From positions 5,698 to 69,697 of the forward strand of contig QZKG01000070.1 of the NCBI GenBank assembly GCA_003599855.1: DNA of 64,000 nt, written 5' to 3'. Under the pieces are notes generated by a model. That model was not told the origin of the DNA. It ran no database searches and was given only the letters and a program-made list of their open reading frames with translations. A program made the position numbers and the translations under genes. The stretch comes from Gaiellales bacterium. Its GTDB lineage: Bacteria > Actinomycetota > Thermoleophilia > BMS3ABIN01. Below are positions 46,414 through 56,682 of this stretch, piece after piece (position 1 is the first letter of the stretch; each line of letters opens with the position of its first letter).

Positions 46414-47202
46414 ATGAAGGCGATAGCAGAGAACATCAACGTGATGTCGAAGAGCATAGGCGCGGCCATGGCCGAACGCAACGCCGAACCGATACAGCAG
46501 CTTGCCCAGGAGTGCACCGAGGCCGGCGCTGACCTGCTGGACATCAACCTCGGCCCGGCGCGCAAGGGCGGCCCGGAGCTCATGGAGTGGGTCGTCAACG
46601 CCGTGCAGGAGGCTTCCGACCTCCAGCTCTGCCTTGATACCAGCAACCACGAAGCGATGGAGGCCGGCATCAAGGCCTGCAAGAAGCCACCGCTCCTCAA
46701 CTCCTTCAGCGCCCAGCCGGACAAGCTGGAGAACATCCTGCCGCTGGCGGCCAGGTACGACTGCGAGATCATCGGACTGACGATGTCGACGCACATACCC
46801 CTCGATGCCGACGAGCGCATCGCCGTGGCCTACGAGATCGTCGCCGCCGCCAACGAGCTGGGCATCACCAACGACCGCATCTGGATCGACCCGATCATCC
46901 TGCCCATCGGCGTCGAGGTGGGTCAGGCCCACGCGGTGGCGGTGCAGGAGGTGCTCAGGATGCTGCCCGAGGTCTTCGACCCCAACGTCCAGACGACCTG
47001 CGGCCTCTCGAACACCTCCAACGGCGCGCCCGATGAGCTCCGGGGCGTGATCGAACAGGCTTTCGTACCGATGCTGGCCGCCTGCGGCATGACCTCGGCC
47101 ATAGTCAATGCCAAGGACAAGGAGCTGATGCGCACGATCAGGCTCATCAAGGACTTCAAGAACGAGGCGCTGTACTCGGTTTCAGACGCGGAGCTCAAGT
47201 AA
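46414..47202 (+). CDS. acsE: Methyl-THF:corrinoid/iron-sulfur protein methyltransferase (MeTr; AcsE)
   Basis: Pterin-binding DHPS-like domain (AIAENINVMSKSIG...GADLLDINLGP...LCLDTSN...LNSFS...IDPIILPIG...TCGLSNTSNG). 262 aa. RBS CAGGAGG. Confidence 0.8.
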   Translation: MKAIAENINVMSKSIGAAMAERNAEPIQQLAQECTEAGADLLDINLGPARKGGPELMEWVVNAVQEASDLQLCLDTSNHEAMEAGIKACKKPPLLNSFSAQPDKLENILPLAARYDCEIIGLTMSTHIPLDADERIAVAYEIVAAANELGITNDRIWIDPIILPIGVEVGQAHAVAVQEVLRMLPEVFDPNVQTTCGLSNTSNGAPDELRGVIEQAFVPMLAACGMTSAIVNAKDKELMRTIRLIKDFKNEALYSVSDAELK

Positions 47203-47244
47203 GCAGGCTCCCGCAGGGGGCTAGCCCGTACCAGGCAGGAGACA

Positions 47245-48642
47245 TTGGACACTTACGTAACGACAGTTGAAAGGGACGGCGTCGATGACGCTGTCGCGGC
47301 GATAATAGCCCGTCATGCGACGCTGCCGCTGGTGGCTGTCCTGCGGGCGCTCATGCAGGAGTACGGTCATTTGAGCGAGGGCGCCCTCAGGGCGCTGGCT
47401 GCCGACCGGCTCGTATCCTTGAGCCGCCTGTATTCGCTGGTGTCGTCGTATGACGACCTGAGGCTCGAGCAGCAGTACGAGGAGGCCCTTCCTGCCGGGA
47501 AGGCAGCGCCCCTCCCCGAGCAGCTGGAGGAGAGCGCCAGCGGGGCGACGGGACTGTTGCAGGGCGGTCCCATCACCGCCAGGTTCGAGGCGCCCGCCCG
47601 CAGTCTCGAAGAATACCGGGCCGCCGGCGGGATGAAAGCCTGGAAGCGGGCGCGGGACCTGGGTTCCAGCAAGCTCTTCTCGGAGATAGTGCTCGGCCCC
47701 ATCACTCGTCAGCCGGATGCCTGGCAGAGGGTCGCCAGCGCCGGCGGCGATGCCGTCATCGTCGCCAACTGCCATGGCGGCGACCCGCTGGCCCGCCAGG
47801 AAGACCTGCTCCTTGAGAGGGACCCCTACTCCATCGTCGAGGGCGTCATGGTGGCCGGCCAGGCCATCAGCGCCAGCCGGGGCTTCATCTACACGAGGCC
47901 CCTGCCCGGGCAGGAGGTCGAGCGCCTTCAGGCCATCGTCGCGGAGATGACGGCCCTGGCTGATTCAGGAATAGCCATCGAGGTGATCGCCGGGCCCGCG
48001 AGCCTGGTGGCGGCGGAGAGCTCGGTGGTCGTGGCGGTGATCGACGGCCTGCGACCGGTGCCGAACGTGAGCGACTTCTCCGCCAGGGGCATCTGGGGGA
48101 GGCCCACCCTGGTGGACACGGGTGAGTGCTTCGCGGCGATCGCTGCGGTCATCGGTGGCGAGGAGGAGGTAAACACGCGCCTCTACCAGTTGACCGGAGC
48201 TGTCGAGCGTGCCGGCATCATCGAGGCCGAGGCGTCGTCGAGCGTGCGCGACCTGATGGAGATCGCCGGGGCGCGCCCGGGGGCGGAAGCGCTGGTGGGC
48301 GGCCTCTCCGGACGTTTTCTTACCGAGGGCGAGGTCGACCAGGAGATGCTGCACCTGAAGCCGGCGATCGGACCGCGCTGGCGGCTGATCCATGTGCTCG
48401 AGGACCCCCGCGACATCTACCCCATGGCGGTGCAGACAGCCGCCTACAACGCCGCCAGCCTGTGCGGCGCCTGTGTGCCCTGCCGCATCGGTTCGGTGCG
48501 CATGGCGGAGATGATCCCGGAATACCTGGTGGATTTCGACAAGCTCGAAGAACTGGCGCGCACGCTGGAACTGACAGGCCTCTGCCTGACCGGCCGCGGC
48601 GCAGCGGCCATGATATCTTCCGCGCTGAGGTACGTCTCCTGA
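47245..48642 (+). CDS. NuoF-like (51-kDa subunit-like) protein with a divergent/degenerate FMN-NADH site and a retained C-terminal 4Fe-4S motif
   Basis: Aligns to NuoF/HydB (EEYRAAGG..., ...VIVANCHGGDPLARQEDLLLERDPYSIVEGVMVAG versus ICNADESEPG...DPHLLIEG, and C-terminal CGACVPCRIGS). The Gly-rich FMN loop (GRGGAGFPTG) is replaced by GPITRQPDAWQ, and the NADH-site glutamates are not conserved. Confidence 0.55.
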   Translation: MDTYVTTVERDGVDDAVAAIIARHATLPLVAVLRALMQEYGHLSEGALRALAADRLVSLSRLYSLVSSYDDLRLEQQYEEALPAGKAAPLPEQLEESASGATGLLQGGPITARFEAPARSLEEYRAAGGMKAWKRARDLGSSKLFSEIVLGPITRQPDAWQRVASAGGDAVIVANCHGGDPLARQEDLLLERDPYSIVEGVMVAGQAISASRGFIYTRPLPGQEVERLQAIVAEMTALADSGIAIEVIAGPASLVAAESSVVVAVIDGLRPVPNVSDFSARGIWGRPTLVDTGECFAAIAAVIGGEEEVNTRLYQLTGAVERAGIIEAEASSSVRDLMEIAGARPGAEALVGGLSGRFLTEGEVDQEMLHLKPAIGPRWRLIHVLEDPRDIYPMAVQTAAYNAASLCGACVPCRIGSVRMAEMIPEYLVDFDKLEELARTLELTGLCLTGRGAAAMISSALRYVS

Positions 48643-48726
48643 AACGGGGCGGCCTCTTGAAAGATACCGGCCCGGCGTAACGCGGGCCAGCAGTCACTGG
48701 ACAACACTACAGACATCGAGGAGGCC

Positions 48727-49572
48727 ATGTACAAGATACTCGAAAAAGAAGACTACTCGGATGACACATACATGCAGGTCATCGAGGCTCCCGCCGTGGC
48801 GCAGAGCTGCCAGGCGGGGCAGTTCGTCATCCTCAGGCTGCACGAGGAGGGGGAGCGGATCCCGCTCACCATCGCTGACTTTGACCGCGAGAAGGGCACC
48901 ATCACCATCGTGGTCCAGGCGGTGGGCAAGACCACCCGCGAGCTGCAGACCTACGGCAAGGGCGACAGCATCGCCAACTTCATCGGCCCCCTGGGTGAGC
49001 CCAGCGAGATCGAGAAGGTGGGCACGGTCATCTGCGCCGGCGGCGGCGTGGGCGTGGCGCCGATCTTCCCCATCGCCCGCGAGCTCAAGAACGCCGGCAA
49101 CAAGGTGATCTCCATCGTGGCGGCGCGCACCGAGAGCCTGCTGCTATGGGAGGACAAGATGCGCGAGGTCAGTGACGAGGTCATCGTCACCACCGACGAC
49201 GGCACCTGCGGCCGCCAGTGCCTGGTGACCGACCCGCTCAAGGAGATGTGCGAGGCCGGCGGCATCGACCTCGTGTACGCCATCGGACCAGCCATCATGA
49301 TGAAATTCTGCTGCAAGACGACGGAGCCGTTCGGCGTCAAGACCATCGTCAGCCTCAACTCGATAATGGTGGACGGCACCGGGATGTGCGGCGCCTGCCG
49401 CGTCAGCGTCGGCGGCGAGACCAAGTTCGTCTGCGTCGACGGGCCGGAGTTCGACGGCCATGAGGTGGATTTCGACCTGCTGATGTCGCGCCAGCGGCAG
49501 TACCTGGAGCAGGAGAAGATCGCGTACGACTATTACTTGGAATGCCGGGGTGATAAAGCATGTCTGACGTAG
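48727..49572 (+). CDS. nfnA: NfnA/SudB-type subunit: FAD/NAD-binding ferredoxin-reductase-like protein with C-terminal 2Fe-2S
   Basis: ICAGGGVGVAPIFPIARE, LVYAIGPAIMMKF and C-terminal CGACRVSV...FVCVDGPEF match the DHOD-electron-transfer-subunit / NfnA family. Confidence 0.65.
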   Translation: MYKILEKEDYSDDTYMQVIEAPAVAQSCQAGQFVILRLHEEGERIPLTIADFDREKGTITIVVQAVGKTTRELQTYGKGDSIANFIGPLGEPSEIEKVGTVICAGGGVGVAPIFPIARELKNAGNKVISIVAARTESLLLWEDKMREVSDEVIVTTDDGTCGRQCLVTDPLKEMCEAGGIDLVYAIGPAIMMKFCCKTTEPFGVKTIVSLNSIMVDGTGMCGACRVSVGGETKFVCVDGPEFDGHEVDFDLLMSRQRQYLEQEKIAYDYYLECRGDKACLT

Positions 49573-51056
49573 AGAAAAATGAGGAAAAAACCGAGGGAGG
49601 CCTGACGCGCAAGGAGCGCATGAAGATACCGCGCACGCCCATCCCCGAGCAGGACGCCAAAGAGCGGGCGAAGAACTTCGACGAGGTCGCCCTGGGCTAC
49701 AGCGCCGACCAGGCGCAGATGGAGGCCCAGCGCTGCCTGCAGTGCAAGAACCCCAAGTGCATCGCCGGCTGCCCGGTGGGGATCGACATCCCCGCCTTCA
49801 TCAAGGCGATCGAAGAGGGCGACCCCGCTGCCGCCATCGCCAAGCTCAAGGAGACCACCAGCTTCCCGGCCGTCTGCGGCCGCGTCTGCCCGCAGGAGGA
49901 GCAGTGCGAGCTGGTCTGCATCGTCGGCAAGAAGAACGACCCGGTGGCCATCGGCCGCCTGGAGCGCTACGCCGCCGACTGGGAGGCTGAGCAGGGGACG
50001 TCCAGCAAGCCCGAGATAGCTGCCAGCAAGGGCAAGAAGGTCGGCGTCGTCGGCTCCGGGCCCGCGGGCGTCACCTGCGCCGGCGAGCTGGCCAAGATGG
50101 GTTACGAGGTCGTCATCTACGAGGCCCTGCACAAGCCGGGCGGCGTGCTGACCTACGGCATCCCCGAGTTCCGCCTGCCCAAGGCGATAGTCTTCCGCGA
50201 GTGCGAGTACGTGGAGAGCCTGGGCGTCGAGATCAAGACCGATTACGTCATCGGCAAGACCATGACCGTCAACGACATGCTGGCCAACGGCCATGACGCC
50301 GTCTTCATCGCCAACGGCGCCGGCCTGCCGGTGTTCATGAACATCCCCGGAGAAAACCTGAACGGCGTCTTCTCCGCCAACGAGTTCCTGACCCGCGCGA
50401 ACCTGATGAAGTCCTACAGGTTCCCCGAGTTCGACACTCCCATCAAGGTCGGCAAGAAGGTAGCCGTTGTGGGCGGCGGCAACGTCGCCATGGATGCGGC
50501 GCGCACCGCCCTGAGGCTGGGCGCCGACGTGCACCTCATCTACCGCCGTTCCCGAGAGGAGATGCCCGCCCGTGCCGAGGAGATCCACCATGCCGAGGAG
50601 GAGGGCATCCAGTTCCACCTGCTCACCAACCCGACGCAGATCATCGGCGACAACGAGGGCTGGGTCGAGGAGATCGAGTGCATCCAGATGGAGCTGGGCG
50701 AGCCCGACGATTCCGGGCGGAGGCGTCCGGTGGCGGTGGCCGGCTCCGAGTACCGCATACCCATCGACGTGGTCATCATGTCTATCGGCACCGGTTCGAA
50801 CCCGATCCTGACCCAGGCTACCCCCGAGCTGGAGCTCAACAAGTGGGGCAACATCGTGGCCGACGAGGAGACCGGCGCCACCAGCATGGAGGGCGTGTTC
50901 GCCGGCGGTGACATCGTTACCGGCGCGGCCACGGTCATCCTCGCCATGGGCGCGGGCAAGATCGGCGCGCGCTCGATCGACCGTTACCTGCAGGGGCTGC
51001 CGCTCAAGCCGGAGCCGGAAGCCGCTGAAGCGGAAGTGGAAGAGACCACAGCCTGA
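49560..51056 (+). CDS. nfnB: NfnB/SudA/GltD-type subunit: NAD(P)H-dependent oxidoreductase with N-terminal Fe-S domain
   Basis: CLQCKNPKCIAGCPVGIDIP, VGVVGSGPAGVTCAGEL, AVVGGGNVAMDAARTA and FAGGDIVTGAATVILAMGAG are GltD-family signatures. 13-nt overlap with nfnA. Confidence 0.7.
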   Translation: MSDVEKNEEKTEGGLTRKERMKIPRTPIPEQDAKERAKNFDEVALGYSADQAQMEAQRCLQCKNPKCIAGCPVGIDIPAFIKAIEEGDPAAAIAKLKETTSFPAVCGRVCPQEEQCELVCIVGKKNDPVAIGRLERYAADWEAEQGTSSKPEIAASKGKKVGVVGSGPAGVTCAGELAKMGYEVVIYEALHKPGGVLTYGIPEFRLPKAIVFRECEYVESLGVEIKTDYVIGKTMTVNDMLANGHDAVFIANGAGLPVFMNIPGENLNGVFSANEFLTRANLMKSYRFPEFDTPIKVGKKVAVVGGGNVAMDAARTALRLGADVHLIYRRSREEMPARAEEIHHAEEEGIQFHLLTNPTQIIGDNEGWVEEIECIQMELGEPDDSGRRRPVAVAGSEYRIPIDVVIMSIGTGSNPILTQATPELELNKWGNIVADEETGATSMEGVFAGGDIVTGAATVILAMGAGKIGARSIDRYLQGLPLKPEPEAAEAEVEETTA

Positions 51057-51077
51057 CAATCAAAAGAGAAGGGGCAG

Positions 51078-54000
51078 ATGGAAGCGACAACGAGGAAAAG
51101 ACTGGAAGCGGTGAACCTTACCATAAACGGTGAGGCGGTGCGCGCGCTGGCCGGCCAGAGCATCATGCAGGCCGCGCTGGACGCCGGGATCCGCATCCCC
51201 AACCTGTGCAGCGACGGACGTATCGAGCCGGTGGGCTCCTGCCGCCTCTGCATCGTCGAGATCGACGGCGTCAAGGGGTTCCAGACTTCCTGTTCGACTC
51301 CCGTCGCCGAGGGCCAGGTGGTCCAGACGGATACAGAGCCGCTCCGTGACGCCCGCAGGTTGATCCTGGAGCTGATGCTCTCGGACCATAACGCCTACTG
51401 CCTGCCGCCCTGCCAGAGCGGCTGCCCCGACAACCTTGACATCCCGGGTTACGTCGGCGCCATCGCCGACGACAACCCGCGGGAGTCCGTGCGCATCATC
51501 AAGCAGCGGCTGCCGTTCCCCCGCATCCTGGGCCGGGTCTGCCCACGCCCCTGCGAGGACGTCTGCCGCCGCGGCGAGAACGACCAGCCGATCTCCATCT
51601 GTTCCATTAAGCGCTTTGCTGGCGATGCCGCCGCGGAGATGGGCTTCTCCGACCTGCCGTTCCCGCAGGCAGAGCCTACGGGCAAGCGCATCGCGGTGGT
51701 CGGTTCCGGCCCGGCCGGGCTCACCGCTGCCTATTACCTTGCGCTCAAGGGGCATGCGGTTACCATACTCGAATCGCTGCCGGAGCCGGGGGGCATGCTG
51801 CGCTACGCCATCCCGGCCTTCCGCCTGCCCACCGATGTCCTCAACGAGGAGCTGGAAGAGCTCTGGTCGCTGGGGGTCGAGCTCAAGACCAACACGGCCA
51901 TGGGCGAGGACTTCGACATCGACGACCTGCTGGAAGAAGGGTATGACGCTGTCTTTTTGGGCCTGGGCGCTCATGGCGACCACCAGATGATGATCCCGGG
52001 CGAGGAGCTCGACGGGGTAGTCTCATCGGTGGATTTCCTGCGCCGCGTGCGCGCCGGCGAGAAGGTGGACGTGGGCAAGCGGGTGGTGGTGGTGGGTGGC
52101 GGCTTCACGGCCATCGACGCTGCCAGGACCGCGGTGCGCCTGGGCGCTGAAGAATCGACTATCGTCTACCGCCGCGGTCGCGATGAGATGCCGGCCCACG
52201 AATCAGAGGTGGAGGAGGCTGAGGCGGAAGGGGTGCGGCTGCAGCTTTTGGCCATCCCTGAGAAGATTGAGGGTTCCGGCGGCAGGGCCACCGGCCTTAC
52301 CAGCCTGAAGGCCGAGCTGGTCCGGTCGGAGAAGGGCGGCCGGCCGCGGCCGACGGCGATCAAGGGCTCGGAGTTCACCATCGAGGCGGACACCATCATC
52401 GTCGCCATCGGACAGAAGCCCAAGCTCTGTTACGAGGAGGAGGGCCGGCGCGTCCTGTTCCTGCCCGAGAGGGAGGGTGTGAGAACGACGAAGTGGGGCA
52501 CCATCGAGGCTGATCCGGACACGCTGCAGACAGCGCGTCCGCAGGTATTCGCCGGAGGCGACGTAGTTTCCGGCGCGGCGACCGTGATCGAGGCGGTGGC
52601 CGCGGGCCGCAAGGCCGCGAGCACCATGGACGCTTACCTGAAGGGAGAGGATGTCGTCCGGGCGGCTGCCAGGCTCCAGGAAGAGCAGCCGGTCTTCCTC
52701 GACATCAAGCAGGAGCCGGTGGAGAAGGCTTCGCGCCAGCCCATGCCGGTGCTCTGCATCGAGAACTGTTGTGACGATTTCACCGAGGTCGAGCTGGGGT
52801 ACGCCCACGACAAGGCGATCCTGGAGTCATCGCGCTGCATGCAGTGCGTCTGCCAGGCTGAGGCTAGTTGCGCCCTCAGAAGCCTGGGCATAGAGTACGG
52901 CGTCACCGAGAACCGCTTCGAGGGCCGCATGCACCCGGTGCCGGCGCTCGACGACTCCAACCCGGTCATCTCGCGCCAGTACGAAAAATGCATCGTCTGC
53001 GGCGCCTGCGCCAGCATCTGCGACCAGCTTCCTGCCGCCCAGGCGGTGGAACTGTGCGGCACCGGCATGGACACACACGTCGAGGGCGCCTTCAACCGTG
53101 GCCTGGAGGAGACTACCTGCGTCTTCTGCGGGCATTGCGTCGACACCTGCCCTACGGGGGCGCTGGACAACAGGATGAGCATGGATCTCAGGACCCTGCC
53201 GCTGCGCGCCGGCCCGGAGGGGCCGCAGGAAGTACGCCGGGTGAACACCGTCTGTTGCTACTGCGGCGTCGGCTGCTCCCTGACCCTGCACGTCGCCGAC
53301 GGCCGGGTGATAGAGGTTTCCGCAGACGATCACAGCGGCACCAACCTGGGCATGCTCTGCGTCAAGGGACGCTACGGTTTCGATTTCATCCATCACCCTG
53401 ACAGGCTGACGCAGCCGCTCGTCCGCCGCGACGGCGAGCTGGTGCCGGCATCATGGGATGAGGCGCTCAAGGAGGTGAGCGGCGCTCTCCTGCGCATCCG
53501 CGAGGAATACGGCTCCGAGGCTCTGGGCACCATGGCTTCCGGCCGCTGCACCAATGAGGACGACTACCTGATGCAGAAGTTCGCGCGGACGGTCTTCGGC
53601 AACAACAACGTCGACCATTGCGCCCGATTATGACACGCTCCTTCGGTCGCCGGTCTGGCGGCAGCGTTCGGAAGCGGTGCGATGACCAACTCGGTGGGGG
53701 ATCTCACCGAGGCTGACGTCATCCTCCTGATAGGCTCCAACACCACGACGGCCCATCCGGTGATCGCCATGCAGCTCAACCAGGCCCTGAGGCGCGGCAT
53801 GAAGCTGATCGTGGTGGACCCGCGCAGGACTACCCTGGCGCGCAAGGCGGACATCCACCTGCAGATACGCGGCGGCACCGATATCGCCCTGCTCAAGGGG
53901 CTGGCGCGCGTGGTCGCCGACGAGAACCTCCAGGATGACGGCTTCATCCGCGACCGTACCGAGGATTACGAGGAGATGCTGGCCGGGCTCGGCGAGATGA

Positions 54001-55259
54001 CGGTGGAGGAGTACGCCGCCACCTGCGGCGTCGACCCCGAGGATCTGGCCGCGGCGGCGCGGCTCTATGCCGGTTCGGATCACGGCGCCATCGCCTACTG
54101 TCTCGGGGTAACCCAGCATTCCCACGGTACTGACAACGTACGCTGCATCGCCAACCTGGCCATGATGACAGGACACATCGGCCGCCCCGGCACCGGCGTT
54201 AACCCCCTGAGGGGCGCCAACAACGTCCAGGGCTGCTGCGACATGGGCGGCCTGGTGAACGTGCTGCCGGGTTACCAGCCGGTGGAGTCGGACGAGGCCC
54301 GCGCCCGCTACGAGGAGGCCTGGGGCGTCGAGCTCAGTCCCGTGGTCGGCAAGACGCTCACCGAGATGATCGACGCCGCCAACGAGGGCAGTCTCAAGGC
54401 CATGTACATCATGGGCGAGAACCCGATGATGTCCGACCCCGACGGCAACCACGTCCGCTCTGGACTGGAGAACCTGGAGTTCCTGGTGGCGCAGGACATC
54501 TTCCTCACCGAGACGGCCCAGCTGGCCGACGTCGTGCTGCCCGGCGCCACTTTCGCCGAGAAGGACGGCACCTTCACCAATACCGAGAGGCGCGTCCAGC
54601 GCGTGCGCCAGGCCATCGAGCCGTTGGGTGAAGCGCGGCCGGACTGGATGATACTGCGCGACGTCGCCAACCTCATGGGGGCACGCTGGGACTACGACAG
54701 CCCGAAAGACATCATGGATGAGGTCAACAGCCTGGTGCCCCAGTACGGCGGCGCCAGCTACGAACGCCTGGAGGCATGCGGCCTGCAGTGGCCCTGCCCC
54801 GACGCCGACCACCCCGGCACGAGGATCCTCCACATGGAGAACTTCATCTGCGGCAAGGGCAAGATGAAGGATGTCAGCTTCCGCGAAGCGGATGAGCTTC
54901 CCGACGAGGAGTACCCCTTCGTCTTCAACACGGGCAGGCACCTGATGCACTTCCACACCGGCAGCATGTCCAGGCGCTCACGCGGCCTCGACGCGCTGGA
55001 CCCGGAGCCGCTGGTGGACCTCAACCCCGAGGACGCCCGGCGCCTGGGGGTAGCCGAGGGTGAGCTGATCAGGGTCACCAGCAGGCGAGGTGAGATCACG
55101 GCCAAGGCGATGCTTACCGTGCGCACCGCTCCCGGGACGGCGTTCCTGCCCTTCCACTACGTCGAGGCGGCCGCCAACCTGCTGACTAATTCGGCTCGGG
55201 ACCCAGTCTGCAAGATACCTGAATTGAAGGTATGCGCGGTGCGGATAGAGAAAGTCTGA
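51078..55259 (+). CDS. fdhA: Selenocysteine-containing formate dehydrogenase catalytic subunit (FdhA/FdhF-type molybdo/tungstopterin enzyme) fused N-terminally to a 2Fe-2S ferredoxin and a GltD-like NAD(P)H oxidoreductase module. One 1393-codon ORF with an in-frame UGA (Sec) at 53631-53633.
   Basis: Track ORFs 51078..53633 and 53682..55259 are in the same frame, separated only by the TGA. Context [27 protein letters not shown] matches the FDH-H active site (..CARV-U-HGPSVAGL..). A SECIS-like hairpin lies just downstream. Upstream: NuoG-like 2Fe-2S (CSDGRIEPVGSCRLC), GltD module (RIAVVGSGPAGLTAAY, VVVVGGGFTAIDAARTA), 2x4Fe-4S, and the MopB N-terminus (VCCYCGVGCS). Confidence 0.75.
53634..53670 (+). 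ncRNA. Bacterial SECIS element (mRNA hairpin directing Sec insertion at UGA 53631)
   Basis: Stem GUCGCC (53646-53651) pairs with GGCGGC (53657-53662), including one G-U wobble. The apical loop GGUCU is identical to the conserved fdhF SECIS apical loop, and it starts 12 nt after the UGA. Confidence 0.6.
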
Positions 55260-55297
55260 TGACAGGTCGCGCACGCGCGCGGCCACGGTCTTGAAAA

Positions 55298-56593
55298 ATG
55301 GATACCCGGAGCGAATTGTCCCCAGAAGAGGCAGGTCCGGCAGCGAGGACCGATCTGCTCAGGCGCGCTGCGCTGGCGTTGCTGATGGCTGTGGTGTTCG
55401 TGGCCGTCATCTACCCCGAGACCTTCATCACCAGCTTCCCCCTGATCGGCAGCGAATGGACCAGCCCGATGACGCTGCTGATGGCCCCCGTCATCCTGGT
55501 GACCGCGGCCATCGTCTGGCGTGAGCGGGGCCGGATCGGTTTCGCTCCCGCGGACGCCCTGCTCTTGCTGTTCTTCGCATATGTCCTGGCCAGGAACGTA
55601 TCCGGGCTCCCTCTGTTCACGGTCAAGTACGTGGTATATGGCGTCGCCCTCTACTACCTGGCCGCCGCGCTATCCGCGCGGGTTCGCGACCTGCGGCGGA
55701 TCCTGGTGTTCGTATCGCTCCTGGTCGCAGTGACGGCGGTCTACGGGCTCGCTGAGTACGCGGCGCAGGCAAATTTCCTTTACCGTGACGTGATCTCGGT
55801 GATCGTGCCTAAAAACGCCACCCACCGCGTCAGCTCCTTCCTGGCCCATCCGGTGGTGTTCGCCGCCTTCATAGTGCAGGCGCTGCCGTTCACTTTCCTG
55901 CTCTGGGTCAGGGGCTGGAACCGCTGGGCCGCCCTGGCGGGCGCCGCCTCTTCGCTCATGGCCGTCGCCTGCCTCTTCCTGACGTCATCCAAGGGGAGCT
56001 GGATCACGGCTTTCGCGGCAGGGGTGGTGGTTGCCGTGTATTTCATCAGGACGCGGGGCAAGAAGAGCATGTTCATCATGCTGGCAGTGTTCCTGCTTGC
56101 GGCGCTGACCGCCGGCATGTACCTGAGCCGCTCCTCCCTGGACGAGATCTTCCGCACCAGCACCAGCGTCGACGTGCGTGTCGCCAGCTGGGAGGCCGCG
56201 GTCAAGGGCATCAAAGAGAACCCGGTTTTCGGGGTCGGCCTCAAGCAGGGGGAAGAGGAGGTCGTCGAGCAGCTCCCTGACTGGTGGAAGAAGCTGACCG
56301 GATTCGAGCCGCCGGTGGATAATTATTACCTCAACGTCGTCCTTGAAGAGGGGATCGTCGGCGGCGCCCTCTGGCTGGCGCTGATGGTGATGATCCTTTA
56401 TGGAGGCTACCGGGCCGTGGGGCTCAACAGGGAAGGGCGCTTCATTTTCGTGGCGGCCTACCTGAGCATCATCGTGCTGGCGCTCAACATGCTCACCTTC
56501 GATGCCCTCCTGATAGCCCCCAACCGCGTCCTCTTCTGGGTGGCGGCCGGCATCCTGCGGGCTACATATCCTTACGACGCCCGGACCGGCTGA
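55298..56593 (+). CDS. O-antigen ligase / Wzy-like polysaccharide polymerase family membrane protein, paralog 1
   Basis: ~10 TM helices, a large periplasmic loop, and a Wzy_C-like region (SSKGSWITAFAAGVVVAV). 431 aa. Confidence 0.55.
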   Translation: MDTRSELSPEEAGPAARTDLLRRAALALLMAVVFVAVIYPETFITSFPLIGSEWTSPMTLLMAPVILVTAAIVWRERGRIGFAPADALLLLFFAYVLARNVSGLPLFTVKYVVYGVALYYLAAALSARVRDLRRILVFVSLLVAVTAVYGLAEYAAQANFLYRDVISVIVPKNATHRVSSFLAHPVVFAAFIVQALPFTFLLWVRGWNRWAALAGAASSLMAVACLFLTSSKGSWITAFAAGVVVAVYFIRTRGKKSMFIMLAVFLLAALTAGMYLSRSSLDEIFRTSTSVDVRVASWEAAVKGIKENPVFGVGLKQGEEEVVEQLPDWWKKLTGFEPPVDNYYLNVVLEEGIVGGALWLALMVMILYGGYRAVGLNREGRFIFVAAYLSIIVLALNMLTFDALLIAPNRVLFWVAAGILRATYPYDARTG

Positions 56594-56653
56594 ACCCCGG
56601 CAAAGCAGGTAGTGAACGGCAAGGGCGTATTGTTAACTAAGTTAATCATATTG

Positions 56654-56682
56654 TTGAAAATATTTGATACCTGATGTATAAA
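56654..56682 (+). promoter_or_regulatory. AT-rich promoter island for the polysaccharide operon: TTGAAA-N17-TATAAA, preceded by the palindrome TTAACTAAGTTAA
   Basis: Local AT-rich stretch (56630-56690) in a 65% GC background. -35 56654-56659, -10 56677-56682. The 6-1-6 palindrome at 56633-56645 sits just upstream of the -35. Confidence 0.45.

Noticed and set aside
53682-55259. Track ORF 53682..55259 as an independent 525-aa gene
   Set aside because: It is the same reading frame as 51078..53633 across a single TGA with FDH Sec-site context and a SECIS hairpin. It is the C-terminal half of one selenoprotein, not a separate gene.
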